The translations under genes and the position numbers were made by a program. This document shows, piece by piece, positions 37,458 to 46,783 of a DNA stretch of 64,000 nucleotides (position 1 is the stretch's first letter; the number at the start of each line of letters is the position of its first letter). The notes below the pieces were generated by a model. It did no database searches, was not told the DNA's origin, and worked only from the letters and a program-made list of their open reading frames with translations. Source of the stretch: an uncultured Gemmatimonadales bacterium (GTDB lineage Bacteria; Gemmatimonadota; Gemmatimonadetes; Gemmatimonadales; GWC2-71-9); contig CAVSEC010000007.1 in NCBI GenBank assembly GCA_963726955.1, positions 403,929 through 467,928 of the forward strand, written 5' to 3'.

Positions 37458-39095
37458 ATGCGCCTCACCATTCGCGGGAAATTGATCGCCCTGAGTGGTC
37501 TGGGACTGGCACTTGTGGTGCTGCTCGCAAGCCTCGACCTCTGGAGCCAGGCCCAGCTGGGCCGGAGGCTCGAGGTGATGAACCTGACGGCGGGGGCGCT
37601 CAGCTACCACATGGATGTTGACATGATGCAGGACGCGATCCGGGGCGACGTGCTGCTCGCCCTCGGCGCCCAAGGCGCGGCGGATCTGCAGCAGGCGAAC
37701 GCCGCGTTCTCGGAGCATCGCCAGGAGTTGTCGGACCGACTCGCGGCCAACGCCCGGCGACCGCTGTCGCCCGAGATCGCGACCGCCCTGAGCGCCTTTG
37801 CGCCGGTCGCCAAGGCGTACGTGGAGCGGGCCGCACTGCTGATCGCGCTGGCGGCGAGCAATCGAACCCAGGCCCTGGCGGCACGCGCCTCGTTCCTCGA
37901 GGCCTTCGGCGCGGTGGAGGACAAGGCGGATGGAGTCACCGCCCTGATGGAAGCAGCCAATGAGGCCTCGACCCGTGGCGGCCAGGCCGAGCGGCAGCGG
38001 GCGCTGGCGCAGGCGCTGACCGCCGGGCTGGCCGGTGGCGCTCTCCTTTTGCTCACGGCGCTCGCGGTGGCCCGATCCATCCTTCGCCCCCTGGCGGTCG
38101 TCGCCGGCCGACTCCGCGAGGTCGCGGAAGGGGACGGCGACCTCACCGCGCGCGTGGACTATGCGAATGACGACGAGCTCGGCGAACTGGCGCGAAACTT
38201 CAACACCTTTGTCCAGAAAATTGAAGAGACGGTGGTCCTGATCACCGGCAATGCGACTGCCCTCGCCGCCGCCGCCGAGGAAGTCTCGGCGGTCAGCCGG
38301 CAGATGACGGAGACCAGCGAATCGGGTCGGGCGCTGACGAGCGAGGCGGCCACGGCAGCGGGCGAGATCACCACCAGCGTCAACAGCGTCGCGGCGGGCG
38401 TCGAGGAGCTGTCCTCCGCCATTCGGGAGATCGCCCGAAACGCTGCCGAGGCGGCCGGGGTAGCATCCGAAGCGGCGTCACTGGCGCGCGACGCCGAAAC
38501 GACGGTCGATCGGCTCGGCCAGGGTAGCGCCGAAATCGGTCAGGTGGTGCAGTCGATCACCGCGGTGGCGCAGAAAACCAACCTGCTCGCGCTGAACGCC
38601 ACCATCGAAGCGGCGCGGGCCGGGGAGGCCGGCAAAGGCTTCGCGGTCGTCGCCAACGAGGTGAAGGAGCTGGCCAACCAGGCCGGCGCCTCGAGCGATG
38701 ATATCGGGCGGCGGATTCAGAATGTGCAGACCCAGATCAGCGATGTCGTCAATGCCATCCGACGGATCGCAGAGGTCGTGGATCAGATTCATCAGCGCCA
38801 GGGGGGCATCGCCAGCGCAGTCGAGGAACAGAGTGCGGTGACCGCCGAGATGAGCCGGGGAGTCAAGCACGCCGCCGATGGTGGGGTGGAGATCTCGCGG
38901 ATCATGGGGGCGGCTGCCGAAACCTCGCAGGTGGCAAGCGGGGCGGCCTCCGAAACGGCGCTCGCGGCAGGGGAGCTCGCCCGGATGGCCTCGGCGCTCC
39001 AGGGCCTGGTCGGTCAGTTCCGTACCGGTAGCCAGTCGCAGGTGAGCCCACCGACGGTTCGCGCTGCGCGGCCGGTGCGCCCGGTGGGGGTCTGA
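37458..39095 (+). CDS. methyl-accepting chemotaxis protein, 2 TM with a periplasmic helical sensor, HAMP and MA domains
   Basis: TM1 is [21 protein letters not shown] and TM2 is [19 protein letters not shown]. The HAMP region contains [22 protein letters not shown]. The core is [37 protein letters not shown]. Confidence 0.9.
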   Translation: MRLTIRGKLIALSGLGLALVVLLASLDLWSQAQLGRRLEVMNLTAGALSYHMDVDMMQDAIRGDVLLALGAQGAADLQQANAAFSEHRQELSDRLAANARRPLSPEIATALSAFAPVAKAYVERAALLIALAASNRTQALAARASFLEAFGAVEDKADGVTALMEAANEASTRGGQAERQRALAQALTAGLAGGALLLLTALAVARSILRPLAVVAGRLREVAEGDGDLTARVDYANDDELGELARNFNTFVQKIEETVVLITGNATALAAAAEEVSAVSRQMTETSESGRALTSEAATAAGEITTSVNSVAAGVEELSSAIREIARNAAEAAGVASEAASLARDAETTVDRLGQGSAEIGQVVQSITAVAQKTNLLALNATIEAARAGEAGKGFAVVANEVKELANQAGASSDDIGRRIQNVQTQISDVVNAIRRIAEVVDQIHQRQGGIASAVEEQSAVTAEMSRGVKHAADGGVEISRIMGAAAETSQVASGAASETALAAGELARMASALQGLVGQFRTGSQSQVSPPTVRAARPVRPVGV

Positions 39096-39713
39096 TTGCG
39101 GATTCTCATTGCGGAAGATGACGAGACCTCCCGGCGGGTCCTGGCCCGCACGCTCGAAAAGCTGGGCTACGGTGTCGCAGCCGCCCGGGATGGTGACGAG
39201 GGATGGGAGCTGTTCCAGCAGGAGCGTCCGCGGGTGCTGATCACCGATTGGATGATGCCGAGAGTCGACGGACTGGAACTGTGCCGGCGGATCCGGCGGG
39301 ATGCGGCGAACGACGGCTACACCTACCTCATGGTGCTGACGTCGCTGGCCGGGAAGAAGAACTACCTCGAGGCGATGAATGCCGGGGCGGACGACTTCCT
39401 GACCAAGCCTTTCGATCCCGATGAGCTGGTGTCGCGGCTGCGCGTCGCGGAGCGTATCCTCGGCATGGACTCCACCCTGCGGTATCTCGCGGCGATGCAC
39501 GACTGTTGTCCCGACTGCCGGCGGGTCCGCCAGCCGGATGGCCGGTGGGCCGTGCTCAAGCAGGTGGTCGCCGGGCTGACGGAGCGGTTCAAGGCGCCCC
39601 GCCGCTGTCCGGAGTGTCAGCGCAAGCAGCATGGCGTTCCGATCCGGGAGGACGGGGCGGCGGAGCAACTCACCCTGAAGCAAGGAGGCCGCAGTGCGAG
39701 CGTTGGTCGTTGA
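39096..39713 (+). CDS. response regulator, REC + C-terminal Cys4 tail (copy 1)
   Basis: It has a TTG start. The REC domain reads ILIAEDDETSRR...VLITDWMMPRVDGLELCRRIR...ADDFLTKPFD. The tail is CCPDCRRVRQPDGRWAVLKQVVAGLTERFKAPRRCPECQ. Confidence 0.75.
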   Translation: MRILIAEDDETSRRVLARTLEKLGYGVAAARDGDEGWELFQQERPRVLITDWMMPRVDGLELCRRIRRDAANDGYTYLMVLTSLAGKKNYLEAMNAGADDFLTKPFDPDELVSRLRVAERILGMDSTLRYLAAMHDCCPDCRRVRQPDGRWAVLKQVVAGLTERFKAPRRCPECQRKQHGVPIREDGAAEQLTLKQGGRSASVGR

Positions 39714-40065
39714 TGACTCGCGGGCGATCCGCAGCATTATCGGGAAGACGGTCCGGGAACTCGGCTTCGAGGTCCTCGAGGCCGGGCATGGTCTCGAGGC
39801 ACTCGCGCGGCTGGCCGAGCACGGCAAGGTCGAGCTGATCCTGGTCGACTGGAACATGCCGGAGATGAACGGCTTCGACTTCCTGTGCAAGGCGCGGGAG
39901 AATCCGGACTGGAAGGACACGGTCATCATGATGGTCACCACCGAAACCGAGATGGCCCAGATGCAGCGGGCGCTCGAGGCGGGGGCCAACGAATACGTGA
40001 TGAAGCCATTCACCAAGGACGTGCTGCGCGAAAAGCTGCAGCTGGTGGGTCTGGCCACCGCCTGA
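39694..40065 (+). CDS. cheY: single-domain response regulator CheY
   Basis: It has a GTG start. The sequence RALVVDDSRAIRSII...LILVDWNMPEMNGFDFL...MVTTE...GANEYVMKPFT is 123 aa. Confidence 0.85.
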   Translation: MRALVVDDSRAIRSIIGKTVRELGFEVLEAGHGLEALARLAEHGKVELILVDWNMPEMNGFDFLCKARENPDWKDTVIMMVTTETEMAQMQRALEAGANEYVMKPFTKDVLREKLQLVGLATA

Positions 40066-40068
40066 GCC

Positions 40069-41189
40069 ATGCGCAAGATCCGCGTGCTGGTGGTCGACGA
40101 TGCGGTGGTGGTGCGGCGCCTCGTGACCGATGTCCTGGCAGCGGACCCCGACATCGAGGTCGTGGGGACGGCAGCGAACGGTCGCCTGGCGCTCGCCAAG
40201 CTGGCCCAGCTGAAGCCGGACCTGATCACGCTCGACATCGAGATGCCGGAGATGGACGGCCTGGAGACGCTGGTGGAGCTCCGCAAGAGCCACCCACGCC
40301 TGCCGGTGATCATGTTCAGCACGCTGACCGAGCGCGGCGCGGCGGCGACGCTCGAGGCGCTCGCGCGCGGGCGCCACCGACTACGTCACCAAGCCCGCCA
40401 ACGTCGGCAGCGTCACCCTCGCCCAGGAGCGGATCCGGGAGGAGCTGATCCCGAAGATCCGGGCGCTCGCCGGAAGGGGCATGCTGTCGGCCCGGCCTGC
40501 CGCGCCCGTGGCTCCGACCGCCCGCGACTCCTCCGGCGCGCTCGCCGGCCGAGCCTGCCGGTGCGAATCGATATCCTGGCGATCGGGGTCTCGACCGGCG
40601 GCCCGAACGCGCTCGCGGAGGTGCTCCCGGCGCTGCCGGCGGACTTTCCGATCCCGATCGTCATCGTGCAGCACATGCCGCCGATGTTCACCAAGTTCCT
40701 GGCCGACCGGCTGTCGAGCGTCTCGAAGCTGTCGGTCCGCGAGGGCGAAGAGGGCGGCCTGGTGGAACCGGGCGTCGTCTGGATCGCGCCGGGCAACCAC
40801 CACATGGTCGCTCCGCCGTGACGGCGAGCAGGTCCGGCTCGCGCTGAATCAGGCGCCGCCGGAAAACTCCTGCCGACCCGCGGTCGACCTGCTGTTCCGC
40901 AGTGCGGCCGCAGCTGTACGGGAACCGGGTGCTCGGCCTGGTCCTCACCGGCATGGGACAGGACGGTCTGCTCGGCGCGGGTGCGATCCGGAGCGCCGGG
41001 GGGCAGCTCCTGGCGCAGGACGAGGCGACCTCGGTGGTCTGGGGGATGCCCGGTGCCGTCGTCGGCGCAGGGCTCGCCGACCTGGTGCTGCCGCTGGAGC
41101 GCGTTTCGGCGGAGCTGACCCAGCGTGCCGGCGTGGGACGCCTGACACGGCTGCCCGGCGCCGTGGCGCCCGCGATCACCACCCGCTGA
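40069..41189 (+). pseudogene. cheB: second CheB methylesterase, at least 4 frameshifts
   Basis: The REC domain reads RVLVVDDAVVVRRL...LITLDIEMPEMDGL...ALARG. After an extra G in the run at 40369-40371 it continues ATDYVTKPANVG.... VRIDILAIGVSTGGPNALAEVL...IVIVQHMPPMFTKFLADRL then follows. PENSCRPAVDLLFRSAA and GMGQDGLLG...LLAQDEATSVVWGMPGAV* lie in further frames. Shifts are near 40370, 40555, 40815 and 40900. Confidence 0.8.
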
Positions 41190-41205
41190 GCGAAAGGACG
41201 CGCGC

Positions 41206-42066
41206 GTGCTGGGTCAGGCCGAATTCGACTTTCTGCGAGGGCTCGTCCGCGAGCGCTCCGCCATCGTGCTCGAACCGGGCAAGGAGTACCTGGTCGACAG
41301 CCGGCTGATGCCGCTGCTGCGCGAGGGGAGCTACACGACGGCGGCCGAACTGTGTGCGGCGCTCCGCACGGCCCCCCGCAGCGAGCTCGAACGGCGGGTG
41401 GTCGAGGCGATGACCACCAACGAGACCAGCTTCTTCCGCGACGTCCATCCCTTCGACGCGCTGCGCACACGCCTGCTGCCGGAGCTGCTCGCCGCCCGCC
41501 TGGCGGAGCGGAGGCTGCGGTTCTGGAGCAACGCCTGCTCCAGCGGGCAGGAGGCCTACAGCCTCGCCATGCTGCTGGCGGAACACTTTCCTCAGCTCCG
41601 GAACTGGGAGGTGAGCATTCTCGCGACCGACATCAGTCGCGACATGGTGCAGCGGACAGGCCAGGGCAGCTTCGGGCAGCTGGAGATGAACCGCGGCCTG
41701 CCCGCCCCGCTCCTGCTCAAGTACTTCACGCGCTCGGGGACCCACTGGCAGATCAAGCCCGAGCTGCGCCGCCTGGTGCTGGCACGCGAGATGAACCTGA
41801 TCACCTCCTGGCCGCCGCTGCCGCGCTTCGACGTCATCCTGCTGCGCAATGTCCTCATCTATTTCGACCTGGACGCCAAGCGCAACATCCTCCGCCGGGC
41901 CCGCCAGGTGCTCCGCCCGGACGGCTACCTGCTGCTCGGGAGCGCCGAGACGACCGTCATGGTCGACGACAGCTGGGAGCGTGTCAGTTGTGGTGCCTCC
42001 GTGGCGTACCGGCCGCTGGCCGAGGTGCCGGGGACGGCCGCCCGACCGGTGGGAGCGGCCCGATGA
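41206..42066 (+). CDS. cheR: second CheR methyltransferase
   Basis: It has a GTG start. EAMTTNETSFFRDVHPFDAL, LRFWSNACSSGQEAYSLAM, ATDISRDMVQRTGQGSF and VILLRNVLIYFD are present. Confidence 0.9.
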   Translation: MLGQAEFDFLRGLVRERSAIVLEPGKEYLVDSRLMPLLREGSYTTAAELCAALRTAPRSELERRVVEAMTTNETSFFRDVHPFDALRTRLLPELLAARLAERRLRFWSNACSSGQEAYSLAMLLAEHFPQLRNWEVSILATDISRDMVQRTGQGSFGQLEMNRGLPAPLLLKYFTRSGTHWQIKPELRRLVLAREMNLITSWPPLPRFDVILLRNVLIYFDLDAKRNILRRARQVLRPDGYLLLGSAETTVMVDDSWERVSCGASVAYRPLAEVPGTAARPVGAAR

Positions 42067-42648
42067 AGATCCTTGCAGTGGAAGACGATCCGGTCTCGCG
42101 CCGGATTCTCACGGCGACCCTCGAGCGCCAGGGTCACGAGGTGGTGGTGGCGCAGGATGGCCTGGAAGGGTGGGAGCACTTCGCGATCGCCCCGGTCGAG
42201 GTGGTGATCACCGACTGGATGATGCCACGCATGGATGGGCTCGAACTCATCCGGCGGATTCGGGCGCGCGACGGCGGGCGCTACGCCTACCTGATCATGC
42301 TGACCGCGCTGCGCGGCCGCACGAGCTATCTCGAGGGGATGACGGCCGGTGCCGATGATTTCGTGACCAAGCCGTTCGACAAGGAGGAGCTCCGCGCCCG
42401 CCTCCGTGTCGCGGCGCGTGTCCTGGGATTGCAGCACGAAGTGAAGCAGCTCGCAGGGGTTGCTGCCGATCTGCTCCTATTGCAAGCGGATCCGGGACGA
42501 AGTCGATGCCTGGACCCAGGTCGAGGAATACGTGGGACGCCGGACCGAGGCGCAGTTCTCCCACGGCATCTGTCCTGACTGCTATGACCGGCATCTGAGG
42601 CCGCAGCTCGAGAGCGTGCAACAGATCGACGTGCACCGGACACCCTGA
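42063..42648 (+). pseudogene. response regulator, REC + C-terminal Cys4 tail (copy 2), one frameshift
   Basis: The ATG overlaps the cheR stop. The REC domain reads ILAVEDDPVSRR...VVITDWMMPRMDGLELIRRIR...ADDFVTKPFD. After a G run at 42456-42459 the frame changes to LLPICSYCKRIRDEVDAWTQVEEYVGRRTEAQFSHGICPDCYDRHL...*. Confidence 0.75.
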
Positions 42649-42655
42649 GCGATCC

Positions 42656-43048
42656 ATGCCGACTCCCCACTCCATCCAGCCGTGCAGCTCGACGGCTCCC
42701 GTGCTCGAGGCCACGATCATCGCCAACCTCCGCGCCCTGGATGACGGCGAGGACGCCTTCCTTGCCGAACTCGCTCGCGTCTTCCGGAGCGAATCCCCCT
42801 CCCGGATTGCGGGCATCCGGCGATGTTCGGCCACCCATGCTTCCTCTCGACTGGTCGGCATGGTCCACGCGCTAAAGGGTTCGGCACGGACCCTCGGCCT
42901 GGTCCGGCTTGCGGACGTCTGCCAGCAGATCGAATCCGCGGCGACGGAGGGCCAGTTCCCCCCGCCGGCCATGCTCCAGCGGCTCGATGCCGAGTACACC
43001 GCCGCGACCCGGGCGCTGGCCGCCCTCGGCCTGCGGCAGGATCGCTGA
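42656..43048 (+). CDS. stand-alone HPt phosphotransfer protein
   Basis: The 130-aa helical ORF has the phospho-His motif in LVGMVHALKGSARTLGLVRLADVCQQIE. Confidence 0.75.
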   Translation: MPTPHSIQPCSSTAPVLEATIIANLRALDDGEDAFLAELARVFRSESPSRIAGIRRCSATHASSRLVGMVHALKGSARTLGLVRLADVCQQIESAATEGQFPPPAMLQRLDAEYTAATRALAALGLRQDR

Positions 43049-43050
43049 CG

Positions 43051-43425
43051 ATGACCACGCCCTCTGCTTCCGCGCAGGCCGGCCGCCATGCGGTCGGCGT
43101 CGACGACCTCGAAGTGGGGATGCTCCTCGCGGAAAATGTCCACGACCAGCAGGGCAGGCTGCTGCTGCCCAGCGGCACGGAACTGACCGAACGACACCTG
43201 CGCGCCTTCCAGATGATGGGCGTCGTCACGGTCAAGATTCGCGGTTCCGGCGAGGACTCCCAGGAGCCGGTGATTTCACCGGAGATTCGTGCCGAGGCCG
43301 AGGTCCGGGTGCGCGAACGGCTGCGCAATCACGATCTGGACCATCCGGTGATTGCCGAGATCCTCCGATTCGCCATCGAGCGGGAGGCCAGGCTCATCGC
43401 GGCCGGGGAGCGTCCGCATGCGTAG
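43051..43425 (+). CDS. small protein resembling the DUF3391 N-terminal module of HD-GYP proteins
   Basis: HAVGVDDLEVGMLLAENVHDQQGRLLLPSGTELTERHLRAFQMMGVVTVKI recalls the DUF3391 pattern (V..deL..GMyv..d...........g..l....i..L...Gi..v.Id). This is a from-memory resemblance only. Confidence 0.4.
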   Translation: MTTPSASAQAGRHAVGVDDLEVGMLLAENVHDQQGRLLLPSGTELTERHLRAFQMMGVVTVKIRGSGEDSQEPVISPEIRAEAEVRVRERLRNHDLDHPVIAEILRFAIEREARLIAAGERPHA

Positions 43426-44269
43426 AGCGTCCGATCTGCTCAAGGGGGTGGTCAGTATCTCGACCCTGCCGGGGGTCTACCTCCGGCTCGCCTCGGTGGT
43501 CAGCGACCCGCGCAGCTCGGCCGCCGATGTGGGCCGGGTGATCGCGGACGATCCGGGCCTCACGGCGCGCCTGCTCAAGCTGGTAAACAGCGCGATGTAC
43601 GGATTTCCCTCGAAGATCGAGACGGTCAGTCACGCGATCAGCATCGTCGGGACGGCCCAGCTCCAGGATCTCGCGCTGGCGACCTCGGTCATCCGGCTGT
43701 TTGCGAGTGTGCCGGAGAATCTGGTCACCATGGAATCCTTCTGGCGCCATAGCGTGGCCTGCGGTGTCACGGCGCGGACCCTGGCGACCCGCCGGCGTGA
43801 GTCCAACGTCGAGCGCTACTTCGTGGCCGGCCTTCTGCATGACATCGGGCGACCGGTCATGTACATGCAGATCCCCGAGGAGGCCGGCGTCGCGGTGACG
43901 CGCAGTCGGGAGTCCGGCCGGTCGCTCTTCGAGATCGAGTATGAACTCCTCGGGTTTGATCACTCGCACGTCGGTGCCGCGCTGCTCGAACAATGGAAGC
44001 TGCCGCCCAGTCTGCGCGAGCCGGTCGCCCATCATCATCACCCGGAGCGCTCGCAGCGGTTTCCGGTCGAGGCCGCGCTCGTCCACGTCGCCGACCTGAT
44101 CGCCAATGCGCTGCAATTCGGTACCAGCGGCGAGCCCGGCGTGCCGCTCCTCGCGCCCGGCGCCTGGGAGGCGATCGGCCTGGCGCCCAGCGTGCTCGGG
44201 GATGTCATGGAGGAGGCCGAGACCCACTACGAGGCGGCGGTGCAGGTCATCGCGCTGGATCGCACATGA
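43418..44269 (+). CDS. HDOD domain protein (second copy)
   Basis: LPGVYLRLASVVSDPRSSAADVGRVIADDPGLTARLLKLVNSAMYG, VAGLLHDIGRPVM and LLGFDHSHVGAALLEQWKLP are present. Confidence 0.8.
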   Translation: MRRASDLLKGVVSISTLPGVYLRLASVVSDPRSSAADVGRVIADDPGLTARLLKLVNSAMYGFPSKIETVSHAISIVGTAQLQDLALATSVIRLFASVPENLVTMESFWRHSVACGVTARTLATRRRESNVERYFVAGLLHDIGRPVMYMQIPEEAGVAVTRSRESGRSLFEIEYELLGFDHSHVGAALLEQWKLPPSLREPVAHHHHPERSQRFPVEAALVHVADLIANALQFGTSGEPGVPLLAPGAWEAIGLAPSVLGDVMEEAETHYEAAVQVIALDRT

Positions 44270-46783
44270 CCACCCCACCCGTTCCCGGCGCCGATCCGCA
44301 GTGGGTGCTCGATGCGCTCGATCTGGTCGCCTCGCTGGGCGCCTTTCGAGCCGGTGAGCAGCACGACGTCACGCCGGCCGTCGTGCTGGGCGCGGCAAAG
44401 CCCGTGCTCCGCCGACTGCTCGAGTTCGACCAGGCCGCCTTCCTCCTGCTGGAGCCCGACGGTCTCGGCTTCCAGGTGGTCGACGCCGAGCCGCGCGAGG
44501 CAGGCCCGGCGCTGGAGCGCGAGGTCGACGAACAGGTCCGCGCTGGCGTGTTCGCCTGGGCCGCGCATCGGAACTCGGCCGTCCAGGTGCCCTGCGCGAC
44601 CCAGCCGAAGCGCACCGTCCTCCTGCATGCCCTCGCCACCCGCTCGCAGGTGATCGGGATGTTCGTCGGCATCGCGGGGGAATCGCTGGAGGACACGCCG
44701 GAGGCCAATCAGAAGCTGCTGTCGATCCTGCTGAGCAACGTGGCCGGCGCGCTCGAGAGTGCCCAGCTCTATCACGCGCTCTCGGCCTACAGCGAGGGTC
44801 TGGAGCGTCTGGTGGAGGAGCGGACCCGTGAACTGGTACAATCGAACGAGAGGGCCCAGGCCGCCAACCGCGCCAAGAGCGAATTCCTCGCCAACATGAG
44901 TCACGAGCTCCGCACCCCGATGAATGGCGGTCATGGGCATGGCGAGCCTCCTGCTGGATACCGAACTCAGCGACGAACAGCGGGACTTCGCGCAGACCAT
45001 CAACTTGTCCGCGGAAAACCTCCTGACCCTGGTCAACGACATCCTGGACCTGTCCAAGATCGAGGCCGGCAAGCTGACGATCGACCTGGTGGCGATGAAT
45101 CTGCGGGAAGTCGTCGAGGAGGTGGCCACGCTGCTGGGCGTCCGCGCGGCGGAGAAGGGGCTGTCCTTCGCGGCCCGTGTAGCGCCCGGCATTCCGGAGC
45201 GGGTCCTCGGCGACCCTGGCCGCTTTCGCCAGGTGCTCACCAATCTGGCCGGCAACGCCGTGAAGTTCACGGAACGGGGGCAGGTCCTCCTGGATCTCGC
45301 GCCGGTACAGCGCGACGGCAATCGGCTCACCGTGCATCTGCGCATCGTGGATAGCGGCATCGGCATCCCGGCGGAGAAGCTGGGACAGATTTTCGACAAG
45401 TTCACCCAGGCCGATGCCTCCACCACCCGACGCTATGGCGGGACCGGATTGGGGCTCGCGATCTGCCGTGAACTCGTCGAACTGATGGGCGGGCAGATCG
45501 GTGTGGAGAGCACGACGGGGGCGGGGAGTACCTTCTGGTGCACGCTGCCTTTCGAAGTGGTGCTGCCGGAGCGTGCCGCGCCGCCCCGACTCGACGGGCA
45601 GCACATCCTGCTCTCCGCCGCCGATCCCACGGAGCGGGGTCTGGTGGCGGAGCTGCTCACCGCTGAAGGAGCGAGCGTCATTGCCGCCGCGAGCGTGGGC
45701 GAGGCGCTGCGACACCTGCAGGAAGCCATCGCCGGCCGGCGGATGGTGCATTCGCTCGTGGTGGACGCGGCAGATGTCGGTTCGCTCCTGCCGTTCCTCA
45801 ACCGCACTCCCGCCCTCCGGTCCACCCGCCTGGTGCTGCTCGCTGCCGCCGACCATCGGACCGACCCACGCCTCGACGGCCTCGGCCCCCGGGCCACCTC
45901 GGTCTTCCGCCCCTATCGCCAGCGCGATCTGCTCGAGGCGGTCGGTCCCGGGGGGCACCGGCCGATCCACCCTGCGGAGAGCGCCGAGCCGGAGGGCCCG
46001 GTCCTTGGTCCTGCCCGGATCCTGCTGGTCGAGGACGGTCTCGTGAATCAGAAGGTGGCGCTGAACATGCTGCGGCGATTCGGGTGTCGCACCGACGTCG
46101 CGGGGGATGGGGTGGAGGCGCTCGAACGACTGGCCGAGGCGGCCTATGATCTGGTGTTGCTGGATTGCCAGATGCCGCGGATGGATGGATTCACCACGGT
46201 CCGCGCGCTGCGGGAGCGGGAGTCCGCGGTGGGCCAGCACCTCCCGGTGATCGCGATGACGGCGCATGCCATGCAGGGCGACCGGGAGCGCTGTCTCGCC
46301 GCCGGAATGGACGACTACCTCACCAAGCCGGTCGACCGTGAGGCACTCGCCGGCATCCTGGCCCGCTGGATTCCAGGCCGATACCTCCTCACACGGCGGG
46401 TGAGTGAGCCTGTCGTCCTCCCGGCAACGGAGCCGAGCCTGGACTACGACGTCGTCGCGGGGCTTCAGGAGCTCGAGGCCTCGGGCGAGTCCGGACTCTT
46501 CGCGGAGGTCGTCTCGCTATTTGCCGGCCAGGGACAGCTCATGATGGAGAAGTTGCACGCTGCGGTCGCGGCGGGTGATGAGGCGGGTTGGCGGCAGGCG
46601 CTGCATGGGTTCGTCGGTACCGCCGGCTCGGTCGGGGCGCTCCGACTCTCCGAGCGCTGTCGCGAGCTGGAAGAGGGAGTGGGCGGGTTGCCCGCTGACG
46701 CCGCGGCTACTCTGGCCGAGCTCGAGGAGGCCTTCGCGGAAGCGCGGGCCGAACTCGGTCGAGTCGGTGAGCTCCGTGCGTAA
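44266..46783 (+). pseudogene. tripartite hybrid histidine kinase 1 (GAF-like, HisKA, HATPase, degenerate REC, REC, HPt), one frameshift
   Basis: The ATG overlaps the HDOD stop. The H-box is [18 protein letters not shown]. An extra G at 44929/44930 precedes VMGMASLLLDTELSDEQ.... GTGLGLAICRELVELMGG follows. The REC domain reads ILLVEDGLVNQKV...LVLLDCQMPRMDGF...[26 protein letters not shown]. The HPt motif is ALHGFVGTAGSVGA. Confidence 0.85.

Noticed and set aside
37507-37522. TGGCAC-N5-GGTGC, a sigma-54-like -24/-12 element.
   Set aside because: It lies inside the coding sequence of MCP5, in the first TM helix. It lacks the TTGC -12 core and has no downstream gene to serve.
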